Assembly (NCBI GenBank): GCA_050290185.1
Contig: JBNKHE010000009.1
Span: 32,001 to 96,000 of the forward strand
Source of the DNA: Pontiella sp.
GTDB lineage: Bacteria > Verrucomicrobiota > Kiritimatiellia > Kiritimatiellales > Pontiellaceae
Direction of reading: 5' to 3'
Length of the DNA: 64,000 nucleotides
Position 1 is the first letter of the stretch, and the number at the start of each line of letters is the position of its first letter. The notes beneath the pieces are model-generated. The model ran no database searches, was not told the DNA's origin, and worked only from the letters and a program-made list of their open reading frames with translations. Both the position numbers and the translations under genes were made by a program. Below are positions 56,163-64,000 of the stretch, piece after piece.

Positions 56163-57569
56163 ATGAAGAAGTTCATGGATAAAGATTTTCTGCTTAAAAC
56201 CGGGACGGCGAAGAAACTTTACCACGATCATGCGGCTAAAATGCCGATCTATGATTACCACTGCCACTTGCCGCCGCAGGACATAGCGGAGGATAAGCAA
56301 TACGAAAACCTCGGTGAAATATGGCTGGGCGGCGACCACTACAAATGGCGTGCCATGCGCACCAACGGCGTGAACGAGGAGTTTTGTTCGGGTAGTGCTT
56401 CGTGGCGCGACAAGTTCCAGAAATGGGCTGAAACCGTGCCGCAGACGATCCGCAATCCGCTCTACCACTGGACGCATCTTGAATTGCAGCGCTATTTTGG
56501 AATCGATACGCTGTTGAGCCCGGCCACGGCGGATGCCATCTACGACGAATGCACCGCCAAGCTGCGAACACCGGAATATTCCGCACGCAACCTGATGCGC
56601 AAGATGAACGTCAAAGTGGTCTGTACGACGGACGATCCGACCGATTCGCTGGAATATCATAAACAGATTGCCGCCGATGGATTCGAGGTTAAAGTCTTGC
56701 CAACGTTTCGTCCTGACAAGGCCGCCAATCTGTCCGATCCCGTGGCGTATCAGAACTATATCCATGCACTTTCAACGGTATCGGGAATCGAAATCCGGGA
56801 CTTTGAATCGTTAGTGGACGCCATCGATAAGCGGCATGACTATTTCCACTCCGTCGGGTGCCGGTTGTCAGACCACGGTCTGGACTATGTACCGGTGGCG
56901 GATGCCACGGGAACCGAGCTGAATGATATTTTCCATAAAGCGATGAAGGGCAAGCATGTTTCGCAACATGAAGCCGACGCGTTCCTGCTGGCCTTTCTGC
57001 AGGAAGTTGGAATGATGAATCATCAGCGCGGCTGGGCGCAGCAGTTCCATGTCGGGGCGTTCCGTAACAACAGCAGCCGTCTGTACAAGGCACTGGGTCC
57101 GGATACCGGCTTTGATTCGATTGCCGATTACCAGCAAGGACCAGGGCTGGTCAAATTACTCGACCGGCTCGATAGCTCGAACCAGCTGGCAAAATCCATT
57201 CTCTATAACCTCAATCCGGCCGACAATGAACTGATGGCGACGATGATTGGAAACTATCAGGACGGCTCCTTCCCGGGTAAGATGCAGTTCGGTTCCGGCT
57301 GGTGGTTCCTGGACCAGAAGGATGGCATGGAGAAGCAGATGAATGCGCTCTCCGCGCTTGGCCTGCTCAGCCGGTTCGTGGGCATGCTGACTGATTCGCG
57401 CAGCTTCCTGTCGTATCCACGTCACGAATATTTCCGCCGTATCCTTTGCAATCTGCTCGGTAACGATGTTGAAAATGGCGAAATCCCGCCGGACATGGAG
57501 TTGCTTGGCCAGATGGTTGAAAACATCTGCTACAACAACGCCGTCGATTATTTCGATGTTGAGGTGTAG
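56163..57569 (+). CDS. uxaC: Glucuronate (uronate) isomerase
   Basis: DYHCH, DHYKWRAMR, NPLYHW.HLEL, CTTDDP, WWF.D and DSRSFLSYPRHEYFRR. Confidence 0.97.
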   Translation: MKKFMDKDFLLKTGTAKKLYHDHAAKMPIYDYHCHLPPQDIAEDKQYENLGEIWLGGDHYKWRAMRTNGVNEEFCSGSASWRDKFQKWAETVPQTIRNPLYHWTHLELQRYFGIDTLLSPATADAIYDECTAKLRTPEYSARNLMRKMNVKVVCTTDDPTDSLEYHKQIAADGFEVKVLPTFRPDKAANLSDPVAYQNYIHALSTVSGIEIRDFESLVDAIDKRHDYFHSVGCRLSDHGLDYVPVADATGTELNDIFHKAMKGKHVSQHEADAFLLAFLQEVGMMNHQRGWAQQFHVGAFRNNSSRLYKALGPDTGFDSIADYQQGPGLVKLLDRLDSSNQLAKSILYNLNPADNELMATMIGNYQDGSFPGKMQFGSGWWFLDQKDGMEKQMNALSALGLLSRFVGMLTDSRSFLSYPRHEYFRRILCNLLGNDVENGEIPPDMELLGQMVENICYNNAVDYFDVEV

Positions 57570-57630
57570 CGGTTCCTGGGCTTCAGCGAGTGCTGCTCCG
57601 ATGGGTATTTTAACCGGTGATGGCTCTACG

Positions 57631-57891
57631 TCATTTCCGGTGGAATCTCGTCTTGAACCGTTCCCCCATGTGATGAACACGTTGGGTCAGATTCGGGAAC
57701 TTCAGGTGTATCCGGTCCCGGATGCGGCCGAATAGCGGAACGTGGTCGGCTAATAGAAATATTCCGATGACGATACTCAACAAGCCTTGGCCCGGTGTGA
57801 CCAGCATGATGATGCCGGTGAGGATAAAAAACCATCCCACGATGTGCTTGAGCACGAGCTTGGTATGCCTGTTCCAGATCAGCCGTTTCAT
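57631..57891 (-). CDS. Small membrane protein (PGPGW-like)
   Basis: 86 aa with two TM helices joined by TPGQG. Confidence 0.7.
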   Translation of the reverse strand: MKRLIWNRHTKLVLKHIVGWFFILTGIIMLVTPGQGLLSIVIGIFLLADHVPLFGRIRDRIHLKFPNLTQRVHHMGERFKTRFHRK

Positions 57892-57905
57892 GATGAACCT
57901 GCGGT

Positions 57906-58119
57906 TCGGTTAATGGTTATTAGCTATTCCCGATCCAGGACCGATTGTTTTCCCAATAAAAATACGAATTAACTGATAGCAGCCGCAAAGCGGCATAAAA
58001 AGAAAACCACGAAATTGACAGGAAAGCACGACTCAAACCTCTACGTTTCGTTGCCGGACTTCCTCACCGCAGCCGCTGAAGGGGGGGGACAGCGGTGTGT
58101 TGCGGTGATTCCGTGGTTT
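57906..58119. repeat. Stack of degenerate intergenic repeats (heptamer array plus an AAACCACG inverted repeat)
   Basis: GGTTAATGGTTATTAG...AATTAACTGATAGC, then AAACCACGAAAT (58004-58015) pairing with ATTCCGTGGTTT (58108-58119). Confidence 0.55.
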
Positions 58120-58123
58120 GGAG

Positions 58124-59887
58124 TTAGAGACCCTCGAGCTCTTCCCAGCGTTCATAACATTTTTCGAGTTCATGGGGAATCGCTTCGGCGCGGGCGGTGG
58201 CCGAGGCGATTTCGTCCTTATTCTGCTGGTAGAAGGCAGGATCGGTCATGGCCTGCTGGAGATCTTCCAGTTCGGCTTCCAGCTGCTCGATACGGTGAGG
58301 GAGGTTCTTCAATTCCTCCCGTTCCTTGTTGGTCGGCTTTCGGGTGGACTTTTGTTTTGCTGGTTTGGGAGTTTCTTCCACCTGCTGAGTGCCTGGGGCT
58401 GCTTGTCTCTGCAGCAGCCAGTCATCGTAGCCGCCGGCGTATTCGCCGATCTGTCCGTTGCCCTCGAAAACCAGCGTGCTGGTCACGACATGGTTGAGGA
58501 AGGAGCGGTCATGGCTGACGAGCAGGAGCGTTCCTTCGTAGTTCGCCAGCAACTCTTCGAGCAGATCAAGCGTTTCCATATCGAGGTCGTTGGTCGGCTC
58601 GTCGAGCACCAGCACGTTCGCGGCTTTGGTAAAGAGCTTCGCCAGCAACAGTCGGTTGCGCTCGCCGCCGGAGAGTACAGTCACGGGCGAACGCGCCCGG
58701 TCCGGCGTGAAGAGGAAATCCTGCAGGTAGCCGAGCACGTGTTTCTTGCTTCCGCCGATGGTGATGAACTCTTCCATACTGACGTTTTCGGCGACGGTCT
58801 TGGTTTCGTCGAGCGTGGCGCGATGCTGGTCGAAATACGCGACCTCCAGCTTGGTGCCGTGATCCACCGATCCCGTTTTGGGGGTCAGTTGGCCGAGCAG
58901 TAGCTTGATTAACGTCGACTTGCCACAGCCGTTTGGGCCGATAATGCCAATCTTGTCGCCACGCATGATATTGGCACTGAAGTTCTCAATGATGGGGGAG
59001 CCATCGTAATTGTATGAAATCTGTTTCGCTGTGATGACCTTGCGGCCGGATTGTCCGGCTTCAACCAATTGCATATTGACCGAGCCCGTGCGTTCTCGGC
59101 GTTGGCTGCGGTCGTTTCGCATTTTTTCGAGTTCGCGTACACGGCCTTCATTGCGGGTGCGCCGCGCCTTGATGCCCTTGCGGATCCAGACCTCTTCCTG
59201 TGCCAGCTTCTTGTCGAACTGGGCCCATTGTTCCGCCTCACCGTCGAGCAGGGCTTCCTTCCGATTCAGGTAGGTGTCGTAGTCGCACGCCCACGAATGC
59301 AGTTTGCCGCGGTCGAGTTCGACGATGCGCGTGGCGAGCTTGCGCAGGAAGGTGCGGTCATGCGTCACAAACAGGATTGTGCCTTGGTAGCGGCCGAGGA
59401 AGTTTTCCAGCCACTGGATCGATTCGATATCCAGATGGTTGGTCGGCTCGTCCAACACGAGGATGTCCGGTTCGCAGACCAGCGCCCGTGCCAGCAGGAC
59501 GCGCCGCTTCTGTCCGCCCGAAAGCTCCTCGAAACGCCACTCGTTTTCCAGTCCAACCAGCGAGACCGCCTTGTCGACGAGCTGGTGTGAAACATAGTCG
59601 TCGTGCGGGTTTGCCAGCCCCTGGAACACCACCGCCTCGACGCTATCCGCCAGATCATGCGGTACGTTCTGCCGCAGTCGTCGCACCTTCAGTCCCGGCT
59701 GACGGATGATTTCTCCGGCATCGGGCTCGATGAAGCCGCTGACAATTTTCAGCAGCGTCGATTTTCCTTCTCCATTGCGGCCAACCAGGCAGATGCGTTC
59801 GCCGCGCTCGATCTGGAGCGTCGCGTCGTCCAGTAGCTGGGGACCGCCGAAAGCCTTGTGGATATTCTGTAAACTGAGTAATGCCAT
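58124..59887 (-). CDS. uup: ABC-F family ATPase, Uup-like
   Basis: Two ABC domains (GRNGEGKS / GPNGCGKS, LSGG, DEPTN), linker WIRKGIKARRTRNEGR and a C-terminal coiled coil ending RWEELE. Confidence 0.9.
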   Translation of the reverse strand: MALLSLQNIHKAFGGPQLLDDATLQIERGERICLVGRNGEGKSTLLKIVSGFIEPDAGEIIRQPGLKVRRLRQNVPHDLADSVEAVVFQGLANPHDDYVSHQLVDKAVSLVGLENEWRFEELSGGQKRRVLLARALVCEPDILVLDEPTNHLDIESIQWLENFLGRYQGTILFVTHDRTFLRKLATRIVELDRGKLHSWACDYDTYLNRKEALLDGEAEQWAQFDKKLAQEEVWIRKGIKARRTRNEGRVRELEKMRNDRSQRRERTGSVNMQLVEAGQSGRKVITAKQISYNYDGSPIIENFSANIMRGDKIGIIGPNGCGKSTLIKLLLGQLTPKTGSVDHGTKLEVAYFDQHRATLDETKTVAENVSMEEFITIGGSKKHVLGYLQDFLFTPDRARSPVTVLSGGERNRLLLAKLFTKAANVLVLDEPTNDLDMETLDLLEELLANYEGTLLLVSHDRSFLNHVVTSTLVFEGNGQIGEYAGGYDDWLLQRQAAPGTQQVEETPKPAKQKSTRKPTNKEREELKNLPHRIEQLEAELEDLQQAMTDPAFYQQNKDEIASATARAEAIPHELEKCYERWEELEGL

Positions 59888-60032
59888 TTTAGTTATTGAA
59901 TGATGGGTGTTGTTTGACAGGGGTTGCCAGTACTGCGTCCCAACAACTATCAACGAACACTCGTCAACTCCTTCTGCGGAGCAGAAGCGCGCATTCTCCA
60001 GATTTTATCCGCGATGGAAAGGAAGAAAGTTT

Positions 60033-60052
60033 ATAGTTCCGCCTTTAGGCGG
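60033..60052 (+). repeat. Single GTAG-like REP half (ATAG-TT-CCGCCT-TT-AGGCGG)
   Basis: CCGCCT/AGGCGG hairpin preceded by a TAG motif, in an intergenic position. Confidence 0.5.
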
Positions 60053-60072
60053 CTCTGCGGTATAAGTTGCGC

Positions 60073-60576
60073 ATGGCCATAGAGAAATACAGGTTGCCGT
60101 TGATGGATGTGGAGAACGTGCTGCCGATCCTCAACAAGATCTCCATTCTGGGTGGGTTGGACGATAAACAGCTCTACACCGTGTTTCATCTACTGGAAGT
60201 GGAGCATTACCAAAAGGGTGAGTTCATTTTCCGGCAGGGTGATGCTCCCAGCCATATTCGCATTATCCGTTCGGGCCGGGTGCGGATGGTTGAAAACGTT
60301 GATGGCACGCCGATGGAACTAGTCGAATTTAAGACGGGCGACTGTTTTGGCGAGGTTTCGGTTCTGGCCATCCATCCACATACCGCCAGTGCCTTGGCCA
60401 TTGAAAAGACCGATCTGCTGGTGGTACCGCGTGATAAACTGTTCCATCTCTATCATTCCGATCCCCAACTCTTCGGCATGCTGATGATGAACATTGCCCG
60501 CGAGGCCTGTCGCCGGCTCAGCAAGACCGAAGACGTTATGCTCCACTATGCGCTGGAAGCAAAGCCGGGGCAGTAG
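60073..60576 (+). CDS. Stand-alone cyclic-nucleotide-binding (Crp-like) domain protein without an HTH domain
   Basis: GE.IFRQGD, I.SG.V, GDCFGE....HTASA; 167 aa. Confidence 0.85.
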   Translation: MAIEKYRLPLMDVENVLPILNKISILGGLDDKQLYTVFHLLEVEHYQKGEFIFRQGDAPSHIRIIRSGRVRMVENVDGTPMELVEFKTGDCFGEVSVLAIHPHTASALAIEKTDLLVVPRDKLFHLYHSDPQLFGMLMMNIAREACRRLSKTEDVMLHYALEAKPGQ

Positions 60577-60833
60577 GGCGTTAACAGAAGAGCGCAAAGG
60601 GCTCGTTTTCGCCGTTTTAGCGCTGATGCCGCTATTCGGTTGGTTTTATCATTTTCCTTGGGCAACCGGGCCGGCTGCGATACGTACCACCCGCTGTTGG
60701 CCTGCAACGGAAAAAATTAAAACCGTGCAGTAATTGGTCTGAATTGGGTTTGTAAACCGTCTGGGACGATCTTTGCATTGTCCTATTCTTGCCAGGCGGA
60801 TCAAACGAAGGTCGTCCCGCCAAAGACGGATCG

Positions 60834-61697
60834 CTAGATATCAATGCCGATGAACTTCCTGAGCACCATGCCGATCAGAAAACTGATGGCCGATACGCCC
60901 AGGCTAAGCCCTGCCATTTCGAGGAAACGCTTTTTGAACGAGACCTCCTGCACGACGGAGATGTAGTAGTTGAATGCGGCGACGATCACCAAACCTATCG
61001 AAAGCGTGATGGCCAGGCAGAGGTAGTATGAGGAAAAGAGCAGGTAGGGGGCGATCAGCGAAACGACAGTAATCACATAGGCTGTGCCGGTGTAGACGGA
61101 AGCCTTGAGCGGGTTCTGGTCGGAGTTTTCCGATTTGGTGGACAGGTATTCGGACACGGCCATCGAGAGCGCGGCGGCGAGGCCGGTGATACTGCCGGTC
61201 AAAGCAATCAGCTTGGTGTTCTGGAGTGCCAGGGTAAGGCCGGCCAATGCCCCGGTGAGTTCGACGAGCGCATCGTTCAGTCCGAGCACGATCGAGCCCA
61301 CGTAGCGCAGGCGCTCCTCATCGAGCATCTCGATCAATTCCTGTTCGTGATCGTTTTCCTCGTCGATAATGTGGCCGATTTCCAACTCTTCGAGTACATG
61401 CCGGTAATTTTCCTGGGCGGCGTCCTCACCGGCCTCCATAAGCTTGATGGCAAAGGTGAATCCGAGCAGGCGACTGATCAGGTCATACTTGAGAATGGTC
61501 AGCCGGTGGGGGCCGATGTCCTTCCCGGTATGCACTTTCCACTCGTGGTAGTGGCGCAATTCATCTTTTGCGATCTGTTCGAGAATTCTGCGGTTCTTTT
61601 CATCCCTGGCCATACGGGCCAGCCGAAGATAGATATGGTTCTCGGTGATCTCGTTGCGCTGGAACAGCAGCAGTTTGTCAGATTGGTTCGCTTTCAT
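60834..61697 (-). CDS. Rubrerythrin-like plus VIT1/CCC1 iron transporter fusion
   Basis: N-terminal E..E...Y, DE.RH and EE..H di-iron motifs; C-terminal LGLNDALVE and AAALSMAVSEYLS. Confidence 0.88.
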   Translation of the reverse strand: MKANQSDKLLLFQRNEITENHIYLRLARMARDEKNRRILEQIAKDELRHYHEWKVHTGKDIGPHRLTILKYDLISRLLGFTFAIKLMEAGEDAAQENYRHVLEELEIGHIIDEENDHEQELIEMLDEERLRYVGSIVLGLNDALVELTGALAGLTLALQNTKLIALTGSITGLAAALSMAVSEYLSTKSENSDQNPLKASVYTGTAYVITVVSLIAPYLLFSSYYLCLAITLSIGLVIVAAFNYYISVVQEVSFKKRFLEMAGLSLGVSAISFLIGMVLRKFIGIDI

Positions 61698-61763
61698 GCC
61701 ACTCTTCTATAAGAACCCGCCATAAGAATCAATATTGAGGACAGACAGGAAGGGCGCTGGCGA

Positions 61764-62486
61764 TTAAATGCCGCCGCCATTCTTGAAGTTGAGGTGCAGG
61801 CCGCATTCCTTGTGCTCGGTGCTTTCCCACCACCAGCGGCCGGCGCGCTCGTCCTCGCCCTCCTTGCAGGGGCGGGTACAGCAGGCGCAACCGATGGAGA
61901 GGTAGCCTTCGTCGTAGAGCCGGTTGTGCGGAACCTTGTGCTCCTCGACGTAGTACCAAAGATCGGACTTGGTCCAGTGGATGAGCGGGTTGATCTTGAC
62001 CAAGCCCGGATGGACCGGATCCTCTTCGATGATGTTGAGTCCCTGGCGGGTGTCGCTCTGGTCCATTCGTCGTCCGGTGATCCAGGCATTGTAGCCCTCG
62101 AGTGCGCGGCCGAGCGGCTCGACCTTGCGGATGCCGCAGCATTCCTTGCGGTTTTCGATACTTTCCTTGAAGGAAAACAAACCCTTCTCGGTTTCCAGCT
62201 TCTGGACGGCTTCAAATTTGGGGAAGATCCATTCGATGTTGATGCCGTACTTGCGGCGGATCGCTTCGGCGCATTCATAGGTCTCTTCCGGCAGTCGACC
62301 GGTATCCAGCGAAAAGACGCGAACGGGCTTGCCGACCTGATGGAGCATGTCCAGCAAGACCAGACCGCCCAGCTGGAGGCTGGTGGCCATGGTGATCTTG
62401 TTGCCAAAATGGTCGATGGCACGCGACAGTATCTCCAGTGAATCCTTCGGATCCACTCCTTCGAATATCTTTTCGTAATCAGTCAT
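61764..62486 (-). CDS. cysH: Adenosine-5'-phosphosulfate reductase ([4Fe-4S] CysH type)
   Basis: LDTG, CC..RK..PL, TG.R..Q, SIGC..CT, RAGRW and ECGLH. Confidence 0.93.
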   Translation of the reverse strand: MTDYEKIFEGVDPKDSLEILSRAIDHFGNKITMATSLQLGGLVLLDMLHQVGKPVRVFSLDTGRLPEETYECAEAIRRKYGINIEWIFPKFEAVQKLETEKGLFSFKESIENRKECCGIRKVEPLGRALEGYNAWITGRRMDQSDTRQGLNIIEEDPVHPGLVKINPLIHWTKSDLWYYVEEHKVPHNRLYDEGYLSIGCACCTRPCKEGEDERAGRWWWESTEHKECGLHLNFKNGGGI

Positions 62487-62491
62487 GGGAT

Positions 62492-62562
62492 AAACACGAA
62501 GGCTCCAAGTACGCCAAGTATTCAGCGTTGCGGTTCCTCGAGTCCTTTGTGCCTTAGTGTTT
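62492..62562. repeat. Degenerate inverted repeat of the same family as 25651-25713, between cysI and cysH
   Basis: AAACACGAAGGCTCCAAG ... CTTTGTGCCTTAGTGTTT. Confidence 0.6.
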
Positions 62563-62569
62563 CAAATTG

Positions 62570-64000
62570 TTAAATTCCGCTGGAGATGAACCCTTCTGGG
62601 TTCTTATGAAAGTCGCGGCCGTCGTAGACGGCGGGAACGATGCCGGTGCGGACGACGAAATCGCCGAATCCTTCACCTTTTTCGCGTTCCTTGGCGTATT
62701 GCGCGATGAGCGGTTCAAGCGTTTCGAGGATCTCTTCTTCGCCGATGTTTTCGCGGTAGAGCTTGTTCAGGCGCGTGCCTTTTCCGTCGCCGCCGAGCAG
62801 CAGATTGTATTTCCCCGGGGCCTTGCCGACAAAGGCGATTTCCGCCAGGAAGGGGCGGGCGCAGCCGTTCGGGCAGCCGGTCATGCGGATGACGATGGGC
62901 TGCTCGGAAAGGCCGTTCTTGTCGACGATCGCTTCGAGCTTGGTAATGAGGCTGGGAAGGTAACGCTCGGCCTCGGCCATGGCCAGGGTGCAGGTGGGCA
63001 GGGCGACGCAGGCCATGCTGTTTTGACGCAGCACGCTGACGTCGCGCAGCAAACCATGTTCGCGTGTCAGCTTTTCGATCTCGTCCTTTTTGCTCGTCTC
63101 CACCTGTGCCACGATCAGGTTCTGCGTGGCAGTCATGCGGAAGTCGCCACCGTGCAGGTCGGCAATTTTCAGCAATCCTTGCAGCATCTGCGGGCCGTCT
63201 TCATAATCGATGATGCGGCCCTGTTCGATGTACATCGTCAGGTTCCAGGTGCCGTCTGCGTTTTCGGTCCAGCCGAAGCGATCGGAATGCATGGTGAATT
63301 CATATGGAGCCGGCTCGGCAAATTTAACGCCGGAACGCTCTTCGACATGCTTCTTGAAGGTTTCCACACCCATGTCATCGATGGTGTATTTCAGACGGGC
63401 ATGCTTGCGATCGGTGCGGTCGCCGAAATCGCGCTGGGTGGTGACGATGGCTTCGGCCACCTTGCAGATATCTGCAGGCACGACGAAGCCGAGGTTTTTG
63501 GCGATCTGCGGATAGGTGGCGGTTTCGCCGTGGGTATTGCCCATGCCGCCGCCGGCGAGAATATCATATCCCTTGAGTTTGCCGTCTTCGACGATGGCGA
63601 CCAGGCTCAGGTCGTTGCCGTTGACATCCACATCGTTGTGCGGTGGAACGGCTACAGCAACCTTGAACTTGCGCGGGAGGTAGGTGTCTCCGTAGATCGG
63701 CTCCTTTTCCTCTTCGTAGTTGGCGATCTTCTCTTCGTCGAGCCAGATTTCGTGGTAGGCGCGGGTGCTCGGCAGCAGGTGGGTGCTGATGGCTACGGCA
63801 TCGGCATAAACCTGCTTGTGCAGGTCCGATTCCACCGGATTGGTGTTGCAGAGCACGTTGCGGTTGACGTCGCCGCAGGCGGCGATGGAGTCGATCATGG
63901 CCTTGTTGAGACGCTGGATCAGCGGCTTGACGTTGCGCTTGAGGATGCCGTGGTGCTGGAAGGTCTGGCGGGTGGTGAGGCGTAGGCCGCCGCCCGTCAG
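62570..64000 (-). CDS. cysI: Assimilatory sulfite reductase hemoprotein subunit (5' end lies beyond the window)
   Basis: TTRQT.Q.HG near the window edge, ACGDVNRN, YLPRKFK, ACVALPTC and TGCPNGC.RP. Confidence 0.95.
   Translation of the reverse strand: MTGGGLRLTTRQTFQHHGILKRNVKPLIQRLNKAMIDSIAACGDVNRNVLCNTNPVESDLHKQVYADAVAISTHLLPSTRAYHEIWLDEEKIANYEEEKEPIYGDTYLPRKFKVAVAVPPHNDVDVNGNDLSLVAIVEDGKLKGYDILAGGGMGNTHGETATYPQIAKNLGFVVPADICKVAEAIVTTQRDFGDRTDRKHARLKYTIDDMGVETFKKHVEERSGVKFAEPAPYEFTMHSDRFGWTENADGTWNLTMYIEQGRIIDYEDGPQMLQGLLKIADLHGGDFRMTATQNLIVAQVETSKKDEIEKLTREHGLLRDVSVLRQNSMACVALPTCTLAMAEAERYLPSLITKLEAIVDKNGLSEQPIVIRMTGCPNGCARPFLAEIAFVGKAPGKYNLLLGGDGKGTRLNKLYRENIGEEEILETLEPLIAQYAKEREKGEGFGDFVVRTGIVPAVYDGRDFHKNPEGFISSGI

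Noticed and set aside
62567..63985. Long antisense ORFs (also 9841-10809, 19841-20833, 26827-27837, 30359-31459, 55141-56121)
   Set aside because: They are shadow frames opposite well-supported genes, expected from high GC3 codon bias, and carry no recognisable motifs.

Overview
A 64-kb, GC-rich bacterial chromosome segment with mostly housekeeping and metabolic genes. The gene content and repeat style suggest the PVC superphylum, perhaps Kiritimatiellota (Pontiella-like); this is inference only. I found no rRNA, tRNA, CRISPR array, transposase or phage genes. In order: bamA (5'-truncated), a YhcH-family gene, ligA, an orphan KAP-family P-loop NTPase fused to leucine-rich repeats, a eukaryote-type UDP-sugar pyrophosphorylase, a Na+/Pi cotransporter, an aspartyl-protease-like lipoprotein, an autotransporter, a collapsed multi-gene relic, a large secreted hypothetical protein, a CsoR-regulated cusCBA-type copper efflux operon, a GH2 glycosidase, trpS-scpA-scpB-pheA, nucleoside salvage genes split by peptidase, TauE and multi-PAS hybrid kinase genes, a hexuronate cluster (uxuA; pfkB kinase, gnd, LarA-like gene, uxaE, uxaC), an ABC-F/Uup gene, a cNMP-binding gene, a rubrerythrin-VIT1 fusion and cysH-cysI (cysI runs off the end). 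The most interesting signals are (1) the NLR-like KAP NTPase-LRR protein, (2) palindromic REP-type and heptamer repeats sitting in frame inside all three cus genes, (3) the three-gene chimeric relic that keeps a promoter homologous to that of the Na/Pi gene, (4) the plant/protist-type USPase and (5) the LarA-like epimerase branch from hexuronates to Gnd.
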